Of a stretch of DNA of 64,000 bases, positions 18,377-28,205 are shown one piece after another. This DNA comes from a virus (Duplodnaviria > Caudoviricetes). The DNA lies in IMG/VR virus record IMGVR_UViG_3300029288_000056, positions 128,001 through 192,000 of that record. One strand, written 5' to 3'. Under the pieces are notes generated by a model, which searched no databases, was not told the DNA's origin, and saw only the letters and a list, made by a program, of their open reading frames with translations. The position numbers and the translations under genes are program-made. How positions within the stretch are numbered: the first letter of the stretch is position 1; each line of letters begins with the position of its first letter.

Positions 18377-18924
18377 TTTGACCTCTTGTTTTTGTAGCGA
18401 AGTGATCTTGCCTCAAGAACCATTTCCTCGATCGTGCTCGTTGTTTTAGAGATGGTCTGCATTAGTATCATACTGTTGGCAAATTTACAAAAAGATTCAA
18501 AGTCGTATATTATCTTTAGATCCGGTCGGTAGAGATTCGCATAAGACTCTATGATGTCCCGGTATTGAGCGTCGGGTTCCATCCCGATTACCGTCGGCTT
18601 TCTAAAAACGCAGGTGTGCCCAAAAAACATGAGGGAGTCCACATTAGGGGTGGTCTTCCCGAACCAACAGAAGATAAGCGACGCCTTGTTGAAACAGTAA
18701 GACTCCCACTTTACATGTTCTAGCATATCCTCCGTCGTGTGATCCTGAATTATCTTCTCATTGTAGTTGTTGTAGAAGACGGACTTCCATTGAAAGTCTT
18801 TTATGCGCTCATACAACTGGTCCTGCCAATGACTCTCATCTATTGACCCCAGTGCGAGTGTCATCATTGGGTAGGATCTCCTACTCAGCCGTCTACTTAT
18901 GTCTGGGGAGTGAATGTTTAACAT
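18370..18924 (-). CDS. nucleoside 2-deoxyribosyltransferase-like protein (degenerate)
   Basis: LGSI....WQ, V.WE....A.LI..WF...T. Confidence 0.6.
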   Translation of the reverse strand: MLNIHSPDISRRLSRRSYPMMTLALGSIDESHWQDQLYERIKDFQWKSVFYNNYNEKIIQDHTTEDMLEHVKWESYCFNKASLIFCWFGKTTPNVDSLMFFGHTCVFRKPTVIGMEPDAQYRDIIESYANLYRPDLKIIYDFESFCKFANSMILMQTISKTTSTIEEMVLEARSLRYKNKRSNC

Positions 18925-19913
18925 TACTTCACCTGCAAAGCACCGGAAGCGGTCCTAGTTAAGAGCCATTCCCTGCTATCACTCTTAATCACTAGGGCTG
19001 GATGCTCTCCTAAGATCGCCTTGATCATTCCATTGTTGAGTTCGTAGTTCTTTTTAATATCGTTGAATCCTTTCATTTCCGCGCTCAACAATTCGCGCCT
19101 CTCCATAACCTCAATATGTTCCGGAGCTTGGCTGACTGACGGCTTACCCTCAGTGAATTCTTGTGGATGACAGCAGTGAAAGTAACTGCAGGTTGCGCAG
19201 GTCTGCCAAGTCTCGTGACGTTTCGGTGGATCTTCATTAAGGATATGCGCAATAACCGTTTTGGCCTTTTCGTTTATCTTGCGATACTCATCGGGCACAA
19301 ATGGAATCAACAAGTCTTTCGGTGTGAACTGTAAGGGGTTGAAGTATACAATCGCGGTCTCATACATAAAGTCGTCGCGTTGTTTTGGTAGATCAAATTC
19401 CTTAGTCAAGATCGACCTGAAGTCCACATCAGTCATTGCACCCATGTAAGACTGCATTTGAAAGAAGTAGCACTGACTCCAAAATTCTTCCGCAGTTAAG
19501 AGATCGTCGCAGCTCTTTGGTGCGCTCATACTCGTGACCTTAGAGTCCATAGGCTTGTCGTCCCACGGATCTTCTCTGAAGCGATAGCCGTCTATCTCAC
19601 AAGTGAGACAGTCCGTCTCAAAACGATAGTGACGCGCCACGACTCGCCAACCTAAAGTCTCCAATAGATCCAGCACGACCGGCTCCATAACTCTGCCGCG
19701 ATAGAATATAACCTTTGTATCGTCGCTGTGTTGAGGAACCGTACCGTTGTTAGAGTAGTACAGATACCGCATACACGGATGGCCAACGCTGCTCGCGTGA
19801 ATAAGAGGTTTTCCTGCGACCATTCTTGCGATATCTTTTGCGCGTCTTTCTTCGCTGTCCTTAACGTATTGCGTCAAGACGAAGTTCTTGAATTGTTCTT
19901 GTACTAAATCCAT
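18924..19913 (-). CDS. Cas4-like PD-(D/E)XK Fe-S nuclease
   Basis: HASS.G.C.R..YY, IDG, DSK, QMQ.Y, CxxCx5C. Confidence 0.75.
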   Translation of the reverse strand: MDLVQEQFKNFVLTQYVKDSEERRAKDIARMVAGKPLIHASSVGHPCMRYLYYSNNGTVPQHSDDTKVIFYRGRVMEPVVLDLLETLGWRVVARHYRFETDCLTCEIDGYRFREDPWDDKPMDSKVTSMSAPKSCDDLLTAEEFWSQCYFFQMQSYMGAMTDVDFRSILTKEFDLPKQRDDFMYETAIVYFNPLQFTPKDLLIPFVPDEYRKINEKAKTVIAHILNEDPPKRHETWQTCATCSYFHCCHPQEFTEGKPSVSQAPEHIEVMERRELLSAEMKGFNDIKKNYELNNGMIKAILGEHPALVIKSDSREWLLTRTASGALQVK

Positions 19914-20558
19914 TTAGGCTCCTATTGCTATTTTAGATTTAAGACTATGGTACCGCTTCGTAAATTCGGTGTATACCTGCTCAAATGTGTATCCTATTTT
20001 AACGACCCTGTCAACCAAATCCTTACCACCGTTGTCGTGGGCCCTCTCTAAACATTGCTCCCAAGCCTTCAGTGAATCTCTTACGCACAGCCAAACGTCC
20101 TGATTGTAGACGTTACTCCACTCTTTAAACAGGATCTTCTCGGAACGCCACAAGATTTTGTCTTGCTTGTGAATCAATTCCCAGTCGGCATTGCCGTTTA
20201 TGTGTAAGGTGTCAAAGACGCCGATGTTGATTTTCTTTTGCAACTTCTTGTAGTCTGGTAGCAAGACTTTCACCGGCGAAGGTATGTCCGCAATAACGAA
20301 CTCGTCGCCATCGTGAAACAGAGCGCCCATCCTTGTGGCAAAGGGGTTGAACGGCCCGCCCAACAACATCTCACTGAGTATGTCTTCCATCACCACAGAA
20401 TGAAGTCCCGTACTATAGAACGGGCTCATATGCCCGGCACACCGTGGCATATTACATAGAGAAAAAATCATATCCGAGATTGTGATCTTCGGTTTCTCCG
20501 CTTGCGGATAAAAACGGTGGCCGCTTACAGTTCTGATGTAGATGTTATTTTTATCCAT
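19914..20558 (-). CDS. HD-domain 5'-deoxynucleotidase (YfdR-like)
   Basis: T.SG, L...PR..GH..FYS..HS, LFHD..E..I.DIPSP.K. Confidence 0.85.
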   Translation of the reverse strand: MDKNNIYIRTVSGHRFYPQAEKPKITISDMIFSLCNMPRCAGHMSPFYSTGLHSVVMEDILSEMLLGGPFNPFATRMGALFHDGDEFVIADIPSPVKVLLPDYKKLQKKINIGVFDTLHINGNADWELIHKQDKILWRSEKILFKEWSNVYNQDVWLCVRDSLKAWEQCLERAHDNGGKDLVDRVVKIGYTFEQVYTEFTKRYHSLKSKIAIGA

Positions 20559-20896
20559 TAGAGCATGCAGTAGTTATCTAAACGCCCCTCAACATGGGAA
20601 AGCCTTGCATCCAAATTTAATAGGAGTTTTGGGATGATATCTTCACTTAATAACCTAGGGTTACAGTCTAGACCGGAATCTAAAAGCTTGGTATATTCTT
20701 CAAGTTTCTCCCACAACTTTTCCATTAAGTATTCTTCACCACTCTCATTGATTCTTATTTGCTCCTCTAAAAGGCAAAGAATTATATCTGCTTGTTCAAA
20801 ATTATCGTCATTAATAAGTCGGCGAACGTGATCACTCAAGGTACATTTATATTCTTCTATGCTCTTAAGCCGTTCCTCTAGTCCTTGCTTATCCAT
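20558..20896 (-). CDS. hypothetical protein
   Basis: Coupled ORF. Confidence 0.6.
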   Translation of the reverse strand: MDKQGLEERLKSIEEYKCTLSDHVRRLINDDNFEQADIILCLLEEQIRINESGEEYLMEKLWEKLEEYTKLLDSGLDCNPRLLSEDIIPKLLLNLDARLSHVEGRLDNYCML

Positions 20897-21348
20897 TTTA
20901 CTTCCCTTATCTCCCCATTAGCTATGAAGTATGTCGCCGGGCATATACCTCCGCAACCTCTATAATCAAGTTTAAATTGCGGCTCTGGTATCTGTTCAAA
21001 GTCATAAAAGCATGTTAAGCATACGATGCCTCGTGCAGGATCATTATAGACTTTCACATAATCAGCATTAACTAGCCTGCTTAATTTAATAAAAGACAGA
21101 ACTGCTTCTGATAAACTTTCTCTCGATACCAACTCACCGATCTCCGGTTTAGTTTCACGCAACAGATGACGCAGTCTTTGTATATCGGCCTTTGTAAGAA
21201 GACATTCGTCATATTCTATAGCACAATCCCCGCTCATGCGGGATAACATAACGTCGGTAACATTCCTGTCTTCTTCATCTCTTACAACACCGATAGAGAG
21301 AATAGTTCCTTCCTCTGTTCGGCCATAGGTGTGACACATTTGTAACAT
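20878..21348 (-). CDS. hypothetical protein, paralog of 21975..22232
   Basis: Shared IGVVRD.ED.V...DI.RLR.LLRE.K. Confidence 0.65.
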   Translation of the reverse strand: MLQMCHTYGRTEEGTILSIGVVRDEEDRNVTDVMLSRMSGDCAIEYDECLLTKADIQRLRHLLRETKPEIGELVSRESLSEAVLSFIKLSRLVNADYVKVYNDPARGIVCLTCFYDFEQIPEPQFKLDYRGCGGICPATYFIANGEIREVKWISKD

Positions 21349-21350
21349 TG

Positions 21351-21704
21351 TTACTCCTTCTTTTCTCTTGGTATACGGCGACGTGGCTCCATTAAGATTA
21401 GTCCGCCACGAAATTGTTCATAAAGTGCATCGAATACATCGCGCAATTCTTCGATTTCTTCTTCCTTTTTGGCGAGTTTTTCGCGGCACGCTGCAAGTTC
21501 TACAGGTAGACTAATTTGCTCAAGGTCGGGCACTGATATTGTAGTTAAGGTTCTTAGTGCATCTTCAATCGTTTCAGCGAGATCGGTACCAACTCTAGTT
21601 GTATGGTACCCTATTTCACGTTTCATAAATTGTTGCGGCGGGCAAGTAATCTGAATACTTACAGAAAAGTCGTCGCGAGTCGGATATTGTACGTCTTCTT
21701 CCAT
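21351..21704 (-). CDS. hypothetical protein
   Basis: GGAGG RBS. Confidence 0.65.
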   Translation of the reverse strand: MEEDVQYPTRDDFSVSIQITCPPQQFMKREIGYHTTRVGTDLAETIEDALRTLTTISVPDLEQISLPVELAACREKLAKKEEEIEELRDVFDALYEQFRGGLILMEPRRRIPREKKE

Positions 21705-21712
21705 AATTCCTC

Positions 21713-21997
21713 CTAAGGAATTTGATAATTTGAAATGTTGATAAAATTAGTCATCATGAAATGGCTTCCGCCTCCCATTTCCACATAACGATATCGTGGC
21801 TCCGCGACTGGGATTACATCTACAGGCTTAATGTCTTGTAACCGTGATAGAGTGATATTATCCGCCACCATCATCACGATTCTCATACTTCCGCAGTAAG
21901 CACACTTATCATCTACGATATCTCCTGCGCCGCAACTTGGGCACTTGGGAGGGTCGTAAACTTTGGGCGTCGTCTTATTTTTCTGTGGTGTGTGCAT
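21713..21997 (-). CDS. zinc-ribbon protein
   Basis: CPSCG..CAYCG. Confidence 0.6.
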   Translation of the reverse strand: MHTPQKNKTTPKVYDPPKCPSCGAGDIVDDKCAYCGSMRIVMMVADNITLSRLQDIKPVDVIPVAEPRYRYVEMGGGSHFMMTNFINISNYQIP

Positions 21998-22232
21998 TGT
22001 TATCCTTTATTTCTCTTAATAAATAGCGCAGTCTTTTTATATCTTCTTCGGAAAACATATATAATTCAAAATCATTAAAATCGTCTTTGTTGTTTAATTC
22101 TAATGTTACATATTCAACATCACTGTCTTCTTTATCACGAACTACACCAATATATAATTGACGATCACCGCGATGCTTTTTAGCTTCAGTATCGCCACTA
22201 GTATTGCCACCAACAACTTCCATTTGATCCAT
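21975..22232 (-). CDS. hypothetical protein
   Basis: Paralog of 20878..21348. Confidence 0.6.
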   Translation of the reverse strand: MDQMEVVGGNTSGDTEAKKHRGDRQLYIGVVRDKEDSDVEYVTLELNNKDDFNDFELYMFSEEDIKRLRYLLREIKDNNAHTTEK

Positions 22233-22233
22233 C

Positions 22234-22770
22234 TTAAATCTTCTTCCCGTGCCGATAAGGGCGCGTTTTGTTGTAGTCCATTTTAAGCCTCAAGGCCTCT
22301 TCTAACTTGATGCCGTTCACCATACAATACCCGTCCACGACCTTAACAATCATCATTAGGAAGTAGGCGTTAAAAACGGCTAAATTCGAAATCTTCTTAT
22401 GTAGCTCTTTGCATAGTGCAGAGAAGGTTGGAGGGATGGGTGCAAGAATGGTCTTCTTTATTAACGGTCTCTCCACGAAAGAGTACAGCAATCCCGGGTT
22501 GTCTTTGTAGATATCCCCCAAAAGATCGAATATTCTAACAAGTAGGTCCGCAAGTTCGACAGGGATTCCCTCGGGCTTCGGATTGTCATCTTTGTAATAA
22601 ACCAAGTCTAAGGGCTTGTGAGCGCGATACTCTTCAAAGGCTTCAGAAACCTCACTATGAAAAAGACAGATCAATTCGTCTTCTGCGCGAGGCTCGTCCC
22701 ACCATCCATGCTCGACTGCGGTTTGGTGGCACTCACTAATTAGTTGCTTATAGTCCATACTTCTCCTCAT
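22234..22770 (-). CDS. MazG-like NTP pyrophosphohydrolase
   Basis: HGWW, HSEVSEAFE, ELADL.R..D, KM.YN.TRP.RHGK. Confidence 0.85.
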   Translation of the reverse strand: MRRSMDYKQLISECHQTAVEHGWWDEPRAEDELICLFHSEVSEAFEEYRAHKPLDLVYYKDDNPKPEGIPVELADLLVRIFDLLGDIYKDNPGLLYSFVERPLIKKTILAPIPPTFSALCKELHKKISNLAVFNAYFLMMIVKVVDGYCMVNGIKLEEALRLKMDYNKTRPYRHGKKI

Positions 22771-22969
22771 AAGACTTAATGGTCTTTTTTGCTTCCTCTA
22801 GCTCGTTGTAAAGGCGATTAAGTTCTTGAATCGCCTTATTACCGTCGCGATACCAGCTGCGATCTTCCGGCTCAGTTAAGACACACTCCCAGCCGTCTGG
22901 TCCTTTTAATATAGAATATTCACTGAAATACTCAGGATCACCATCAGCGATATAATATGCTTGTTCCAT
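22748..22969 (-). CDS. hypothetical protein
   Basis: GGAGG RBS. Confidence 0.6.
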   Translation of the reverse strand: MEQAYYIADGDPEYFSEYSILKGPDGWECVLTEPEDRSWYRDGNKAIQELNRLYNELEEAKKTIKSYEEKYGL

Positions 22970-22977
22970 ACTTCCTC

Positions 22978-24408
22978 CTAATATCCTACTACACGGTTAT
23001 CCGAGCTCTTGAGCTCTCGTAGTGCGTTACGCACTTCTTCTACTTTGATCTTTTTGTTGTTATGCTTAATACTGTCGATGATGGCGGTATGTGCTACTTC
23101 TCTCACCATGGCTCCAGAGAGCTTAGTTTCTCTCATTATCTCTTCAGACACCTTCTCTAACTCTTCTGGAGACAGATCGAAATTGCGCAAATTCTTAAGT
23201 AGTATGTACTTAACACCTTCAAGATCTGGCTTGTTTATCTTGATCACACGGTCAAAGCGGCCCGGTCTCTGGCTGAGAGCGGATTCGATAAGCTCCAGTC
23301 TGTTAGTAGACGCAACTAGTGTATAGTCGGAATGTCTTCTAGCGCCATCCAGCTCCCCAAGAAGTTTACCTAAAATCGTGCTTCCAACATTTATATCACG
23401 GTCCAACATTATCATGTCGGCGTCGTCCCAAACTACAAGAACGGGAGAGAGGATATCTATAATTTCAAAGATAGCATCAATATCCACTCTGCTGCCTCGT
23501 GGATATATAACTAGAGTCTTAATGTTCTCGTCGTACGCGCTCTTGATAAGGTACTTTACCGTCATCGTTTTTCCGTTGCCGGGATCCCCATACATCAAGA
23601 TCTTACGTCCATTGTCGATACCCTTTTTCTTACACTTCTCACGGTTTTTAAGGAAGAATATCGTATTGCTGTAAATCATATCCATGGTCTTCTTGCTTAT
23701 GTACAGGGCGTCCTTGTCAATGAGTTGAACCTTGTCCATAAACTCAAGAGGGCTAGCGTACCCGCCGCCAAACGAAAGAACCGCGTTCCATATGGGGTTC
23801 TTTCCATAAAACTTCTTGATTTCCTCAAGCAGTTCTAAAGCGTCTACCGTGCTATCAGAAAAAATAATAACTTCCAAATCTCCGTCGCTATTAATTAACG
23901 TGCCGAGAACAAACAGCTTCTTGTTCCACTTTATTTTATTCAAAGTGAACGCCTTGAAGATGTGTCCCCCTGCAACCTCGTCACTGCCGGAAAAATCCAG
24001 TGATAATAGAGTGTCCGAGACTCTAGCGTCCTCGTGTTCTACAGTTTCTAAGAAGTCTTGTAAAGCTACCAAGAATAGATGATGGCAATATGCTGAGATT
24101 TCTTCGTTGTAATATTCGTATTCATGGTCTTTCTCTAGAAAACCGTGCTCTTGAAGCATTTCTATACAACGGTCTTCCCAGCGCGGACGTGGAGGTTTTG
24201 TTTGCCCCCATGTCTCATAAATAACTGCCTTAAAATACTCAGCAGCGTATTTAATCAAATTCTCAATGTTTGGTTGTGGTGGCATTTCTGGGTACAAAGA
24301 TTCATCCACAACTTCTAACTCTTCTTCGTCGTAGTCATCTCTAGTTGGTCTTCTCGACATAAGTTTCTTCAACCCCTTCGGTTTGTTGGGCGTACAATTA
24401 AGCTTCAT
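22978..24408 (-). CDS. AAA+ ATPase, paralog of 14951..16345
   Basis: GDPGNGKT, WDDAD, RPGRFD. Confidence 0.88.
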   Translation of the reverse strand: MKLNCTPNKPKGLKKLMSRRPTRDDYDEEELEVVDESLYPEMPPQPNIENLIKYAAEYFKAVIYETWGQTKPPRPRWEDRCIEMLQEHGFLEKDHEYEYYNEEISAYCHHLFLVALQDFLETVEHEDARVSDTLLSLDFSGSDEVAGGHIFKAFTLNKIKWNKKLFVLGTLINSDGDLEVIIFSDSTVDALELLEEIKKFYGKNPIWNAVLSFGGGYASPLEFMDKVQLIDKDALYISKKTMDMIYSNTIFFLKNREKCKKKGIDNGRKILMYGDPGNGKTMTVKYLIKSAYDENIKTLVIYPRGSRVDIDAIFEIIDILSPVLVVWDDADMIMLDRDINVGSTILGKLLGELDGARRHSDYTLVASTNRLELIESALSQRPGRFDRVIKINKPDLEGVKYILLKNLRNFDLSPEELEKVSEEIMRETKLSGAMVREVAHTAIIDSIKHNNKKIKVEEVRNALRELKSSDNRVVGY

Positions 24409-24985
24409 TTTTAAGTGTCTCCGCTCTAGCTATCGATTTAAGATCGTCATAGGCGATTCTAAAATCATCGTTCACTATTATATAGTTGCACTTCTGTGAA
24501 TACTCAAGCTCTTGTTCTACTGCCTTAAGGCGATTTTCAACTATATTATCAGTGTCGCCCCGTTTTTTCATTCTACTTCGCAAAGCCTCAGTGGTTGGTG
24601 TCCTAACAAAAACCGACACCGCTCTCTGTATTTGCTCCACATACTTTGGCGCACCTTGTGTGTCCCTCACGATAATGGCTGGTGCAGCAACTTCTAAATC
24701 GGACTTTAATGTGCCGTAGTAGTTATTCGCGTAAAGCATCCATTCAAAAAACAGATCGATATTTTGTTTGAAGTCTTCAGGTAAGATGAACCTGTACTCG
24801 CTCCGATCGTCCACTCTTGGCTCTCTTGTCGTTATGCTTTTTGGATTGCACCAAACCGGGTGCTCCAATAGAAACCGTCTCACGAGAGTCGTCTTGCCGC
24901 TACCACTACAACCCGTTACCACGATGAGGGGGCTGTTACGTCTTAGCATGAGGATTATCAAATTCTTCCGCGGTGCAAATCTCAT
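24398..24985 (-). CDS. gmk: guanylate kinase (start may be 24949)
   Basis: GCSGSGKT, S.TTR.PR, Y.NNYYGT, R..RG.D, IVNDD. Confidence 0.88.
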   Translation of the reverse strand: MRFAPRKNLIILMLRRNSPLIVVTGCSGSGKTTLVRRFLLEHPVWCNPKSITTREPRVDDRSEYRFILPEDFKQNIDLFFEWMLYANNYYGTLKSDLEVAAPAIIVRDTQGAPKYVEQIQRAVSVFVRTPTTEALRSRMKKRGDTDNIVENRLKAVEQELEYSQKCNYIIVNDDFRIAYDDLKSIARAETLKNEA

Positions 24986-25241
24986 GCTCCACTGCGTAAT
25001 CCCTAAAAGCTTTTTGTGCGTCTTCCTCTAAACCGGAATCTTGTAGGTGTTTCAGTATTGTTCTAAATATTATCAAAGTTTCAAGCCGTATAACGGCTTC
25101 TATACCAACAACATACTGATTAACAACGTCTTCAAAATACCTATAGCTCATCGCATAAGACTGTCCATCATCGAGAAACAGTTGAACTATCAGGTCCCTC
25201 GTTTTGTTCTCTAAAGGTACGTCGCTAACTACTACTTGCAT
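24936..25241 (-). CDS. hypothetical protein, tandem paralog of the next gene
   Basis: Shared M.VVV.D....LIV.L...FR.Y..H.I.T..E. Confidence 0.65.
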   Translation of the reverse strand: MQVVVSDVPLENKTRDLIVQLFLDDGQSYAMSYRYFEDVVNQYVVGIEAVIRLETLIIFRTILKHLQDSGLEEDAQKAFRDYAVEHEICTAEEFDNPHAKT

Positions 25242-25573
25242 TTTGAATCCCCATCAAACATACGGGTTTTAAAATTTAAACACTTCTCAATTTCCTTCTC
25301 TGTTCCGATTCTATGATCTAAAATATATACCCTAAACGTTTCGTACGCTATGTCCACCCTATTAAAATGAGTACTTCTTAGATATGCCATAATCAATCCG
25401 CTTAGATGCATAATCGTCACATTCTTAAGGGCCTTAATCTTCTTTTTATCATCTTCACCAGCTGTCGAGTATATACCACCTAACTGGTATTTAAAGCTAT
25501 TTTCAGACACCTCAAGACTCACTATAAGCCTCTTGTCTTTGCCCTTCTTTGAGTCTGTGACCACTACCCGCAT
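25232..25573 (-). CDS. hypothetical protein
   Basis: Start reset to MRVVVTD; TAATG coupling. Confidence 0.65.
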   Translation of the reverse strand: MRVVVTDSKKGKDKRLIVSLEVSENSFKYQLGGIYSTAGEDDKKKIKALKNVTIMHLSGLIMAYLRSTHFNRVDIAYETFRVYILDHRIGTEKEIEKCLNFKTRMFDGDSKCK

Positions 25574-25929
25574 TAGTCTCTCTTTATGTTGAACGGAACA
25601 TAGTCTATGCAGTACTCGGTGTCCCAAATGTGGCCCTTAGAACACGATGGAAGTAAGAAAGCATTATCGTCAGTGTCTAAGATTCGTTGCGTGCATAAAT
25701 TACAGTAAGACTTTTCAATCTCTTTCTCCTCGAGCCCGGGAACCGACTCCCCATCCCTAACCCGTGCCATAACATAGTCGGATATAGCCACACAGATATT
25801 TTGTGCTGTCTCTTCTGGTGTCCTTCCGTGAGTGTGTAGCTCCTCAATGCCGGGAACATAAGCTCGGTATTCCGCCTTACCTCCGTTTTCCACTATAATG
25901 GCGTTGATGTTAAATAAATAGGCTTTCAA
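25573..25929 (-). CDS. orphan HicB-like antitoxin with Cys-rich C-terminus
   Basis: Y.AYVPG.....T.G.T.EE...N...AI..Y.....G..VP. Confidence 0.75.
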   Translation of the reverse strand: MKAYLFNINAIIVENGGKAEYRAYVPGIEELHTHGRTPEETAQNICVAISDYVMARVRDGESVPGLEEKEIEKSYCNLCTQRILDTDDNAFLLPSCSKGHIWDTEYCIDYVPFNIKRD

Positions 25930-27632
25930 AATAGTTTTCCTTGTTTTTTATAAGGTTCTAATCTCTTGTTAATAATCTCAATATACTCAGGGTTGAGTTC
26001 GTAGCCGAGGTAGGATCTACCCAGTAGTAACGCCGTTAACGCACTAGTACCTGCACCCATGAAAGGATCAAACACTATACCGCGGCGTATTTCTCCGTTG
26101 CATTCGCAGGTCGGTCTGAATCCTACCGTCACGTGCTTAGTCGCAAAAGGCTTAGGCCCGGTTGCGTTATCATCATCGCCGTACAATCCGTCTTGCGCAC
26201 TGTTGTACAGCTCTTCGGCCTCTCTCTTAACGATCCTCACATGAGGCGCGCCGCAAACTGCACAAACGTTCTCGGGACAGGTCGCCAAGATACATGGGGC
26301 GATCAACTCAATTGGGTAGGTGGCAAAGTGTGAACCCTCAAAGTTAGCCGTAGCAACATTCCACACGTCCGCCTTATTGGTTGAACTCATTCCTAAAATC
26401 TCGTACATGAAATTGAGGAATCTTGTCAACCCCTCGTCTCCACCGGGAAAAGATCCGTCAGCAAAGTATCTTAGTATCTTAGTCTGTAAATCGGTTGTAG
26501 ACCAAACTGACCACTTGTTGTGGCCAGAAGGATTCTCAGCTTTAATCAGGCTAGTCTTTCCAGTATTACGAGACACTGGCAACGTACCCTCGCCATCAAC
26601 CCTTATCGCTTCGCTGTCAAAGTAATAGTCGTGACCTTCCCAAAGATTGAAGCGTTTCCATTCCTTAACTCTTACGCCGCAACTTTCCACGTAAGAAGTT
26701 TTCCAATCTGCCGGTTCCTCTTTACTCTCGTATCCGTTTGCGCTAATCCAGACATACTCAGGTTCTTGCTGTCTGTAGGTCCCCAGCTTGTCTCTGTGCG
26801 TGTAGAACAACGGCGTGCCTGCATGTTTCGTAAACTGAAAAATGTACTCGTGAGACTTTGTACATCTGTTAGTTACGCTTTCCGGCATCGGGGTGATCTT
26901 GCTCCAAATAACGTCACTTCTCAACCACCAACCCTGTCGGAAAATCTCATGTCCCGCCGCTTGTTCACACTCGGGGCAAATTAGTCTGCCGTCTGGGTAC
27001 TTACCCCACTTCATTTGGTGGGCCACATTTCCACAACCTACGCATCTAAGAAAAGGTTGCTGAAGCGCTAATGCGAGTCTCCACGGAACACCGCAAAGAT
27101 CTCCCTTTTTAAGGCCGGGGGTCTCGACGGGGTGAGTTCTACCCTCTAATGTCGTTCCCTGCCCATACTGACAAATCCTATTCGTATCTGTGCGGCCAAC
27201 TACGTTGTTTCCAGCATAGGTATCCCCGATGTTTAACCAAAAGACGCCGTCTTTTCGAAGTATGCGCCAACACTCACTAAAGACTTGGACCATGTGATGC
27301 ACGTACTCTTCGGGAGTGTGCTCAAGACCGAGTTGTTCATCAACTCTCTTGGCGCCACACTTGGGGCAAACAAACAACGCGCCTACGCCTATCGACCCAA
27401 TGTTACCAGATTGAATCGGTGACATCTTTTCTGGATCGTACAGACTGGTCTTATGTATACAGTTAGGGTCTCCACCTTCCCAAGTTGCAGTCCCGTAGTC
27501 CCGCAAGCTCCAGTAGGGTGGTGAAGTAACGATACAGTTTACAGTCTCGTCTGGAATATCTCCGAATCCGTTCAAAACGTTACCTTGAAAAACTTTGTTA
27601 GTCTCCAATTTACCTCGCAGTCCATGCGTCAC
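25926..27632 (-). CDS. N4-C/N6-A DNA methyltransferase, beta class, with zinc-ribbon insertions
   Basis: TSPPY, HFATYP, DPFMGAGT, GYELN. Confidence 0.92.
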   Translation of the reverse strand: MTHGLRGKLETNKVFQGNVLNGFGDIPDETVNCIVTSPPYWSLRDYGTATWEGGDPNCIHKTSLYDPEKMSPIQSGNIGSIGVGALFVCPKCGAKRVDEQLGLEHTPEEYVHHMVQVFSECWRILRKDGVFWLNIGDTYAGNNVVGRTDTNRICQYGQGTTLEGRTHPVETPGLKKGDLCGVPWRLALALQQPFLRCVGCGNVAHQMKWGKYPDGRLICPECEQAAGHEIFRQGWWLRSDVIWSKITPMPESVTNRCTKSHEYIFQFTKHAGTPLFYTHRDKLGTYRQQEPEYVWISANGYESKEEPADWKTSYVESCGVRVKEWKRFNLWEGHDYYFDSEAIRVDGEGTLPVSRNTGKTSLIKAENPSGHNKWSVWSTTDLQTKILRYFADGSFPGGDEGLTRFLNFMYEILGMSSTNKADVWNVATANFEGSHFATYPIELIAPCILATCPENVCAVCGAPHVRIVKREAEELYNSAQDGLYGDDDNATGPKPFATKHVTVGFRPTCECNGEIRRGIVFDPFMGAGTSALTALLLGRSYLGYELNPEYIEIINKRLEPYKKQGKLF

Positions 27633-27831
27633 AAATATAATAAATATCCCCGTTTAATTCTAAGTCTCTTCCTATTCTAGGAACGCGGCATTGTATAGTG
27701 GTGTCCAACTCACAGGTCCACGGAGGGACCTCGGTCTTACCCTGTTTTACGTCCTCGTCCCAACCCTCACGAACAACCCAATGTCCGCAGTTTCCGCAGT
27801 GCTCAAGTTTTACATAGCGATAGTTGTGCAT
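27610..27831 (-). CDS. small Cys-rich protein
   Basis: ORF. Confidence 0.55.
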   Translation of the reverse strand: MHNYRYVKLEHCGNCGHWVVREGWDEDVKQGKTEVPPWTCELDTTIQCRVPRIGRDLELNGDIYYICDAWTAR

Positions 27832-27848
27832 ACTCTCTATAACAAAAT

Positions 27849-28205
27849 TTACTCACCCGTGTCCCCTACCCAACGGCCATTCTCGTCTTTAACTTCTACT
27901 TTAATCTTAGTCATCTGTTCGTCAACTTCTTTTTCAATGTCTTTCAGAGTACCCATTCGTCTTGAGGCTTCGACTCTCAACCAAGCCTTGAAGGCCGGAG
28001 TCTGTGCCATTCGTTTGAAGGCGAGTCTCCTATTCTGCATCTGAGTTCGCTCGTCCTCAGCCTGTCCGCTCGCACCGCTGGGTTCGTGAATACAAACAAC
28101 AGCGGTCTCAACTTTGTTTCTGTTTTGACCGCCGGCTCCGGATCCGCGTTTAAATTCCCACTTACAATCTTTTTGGGTAACACTAAATAAAAGCTCTTTA
28201 CTCAA
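27849..28205 (-). CDS. peptide chain release factor-like GGQ protein
   Basis: RGSGAGGQNRNKVETAV..H.PSG.....ER.Q.QN. Confidence 0.9.
   Translation of the reverse strand: MSKELLFSVTQKDCKWEFKRGSGAGGQNRNKVETAVVCIHEPSGASGQAEDERTQMQNRRLAFKRMAQTPAFKAWLRVEASRRMGTLKDIEKEVDEQMTKIKVEVKDENGRWVGDTGE

Noticed and set aside
25926-27632. Intein in the long DNA methyltransferase
   Set aside because: The insertions are zinc-ribbon-like, with no Cys-start or HN/GN-end splicing motifs
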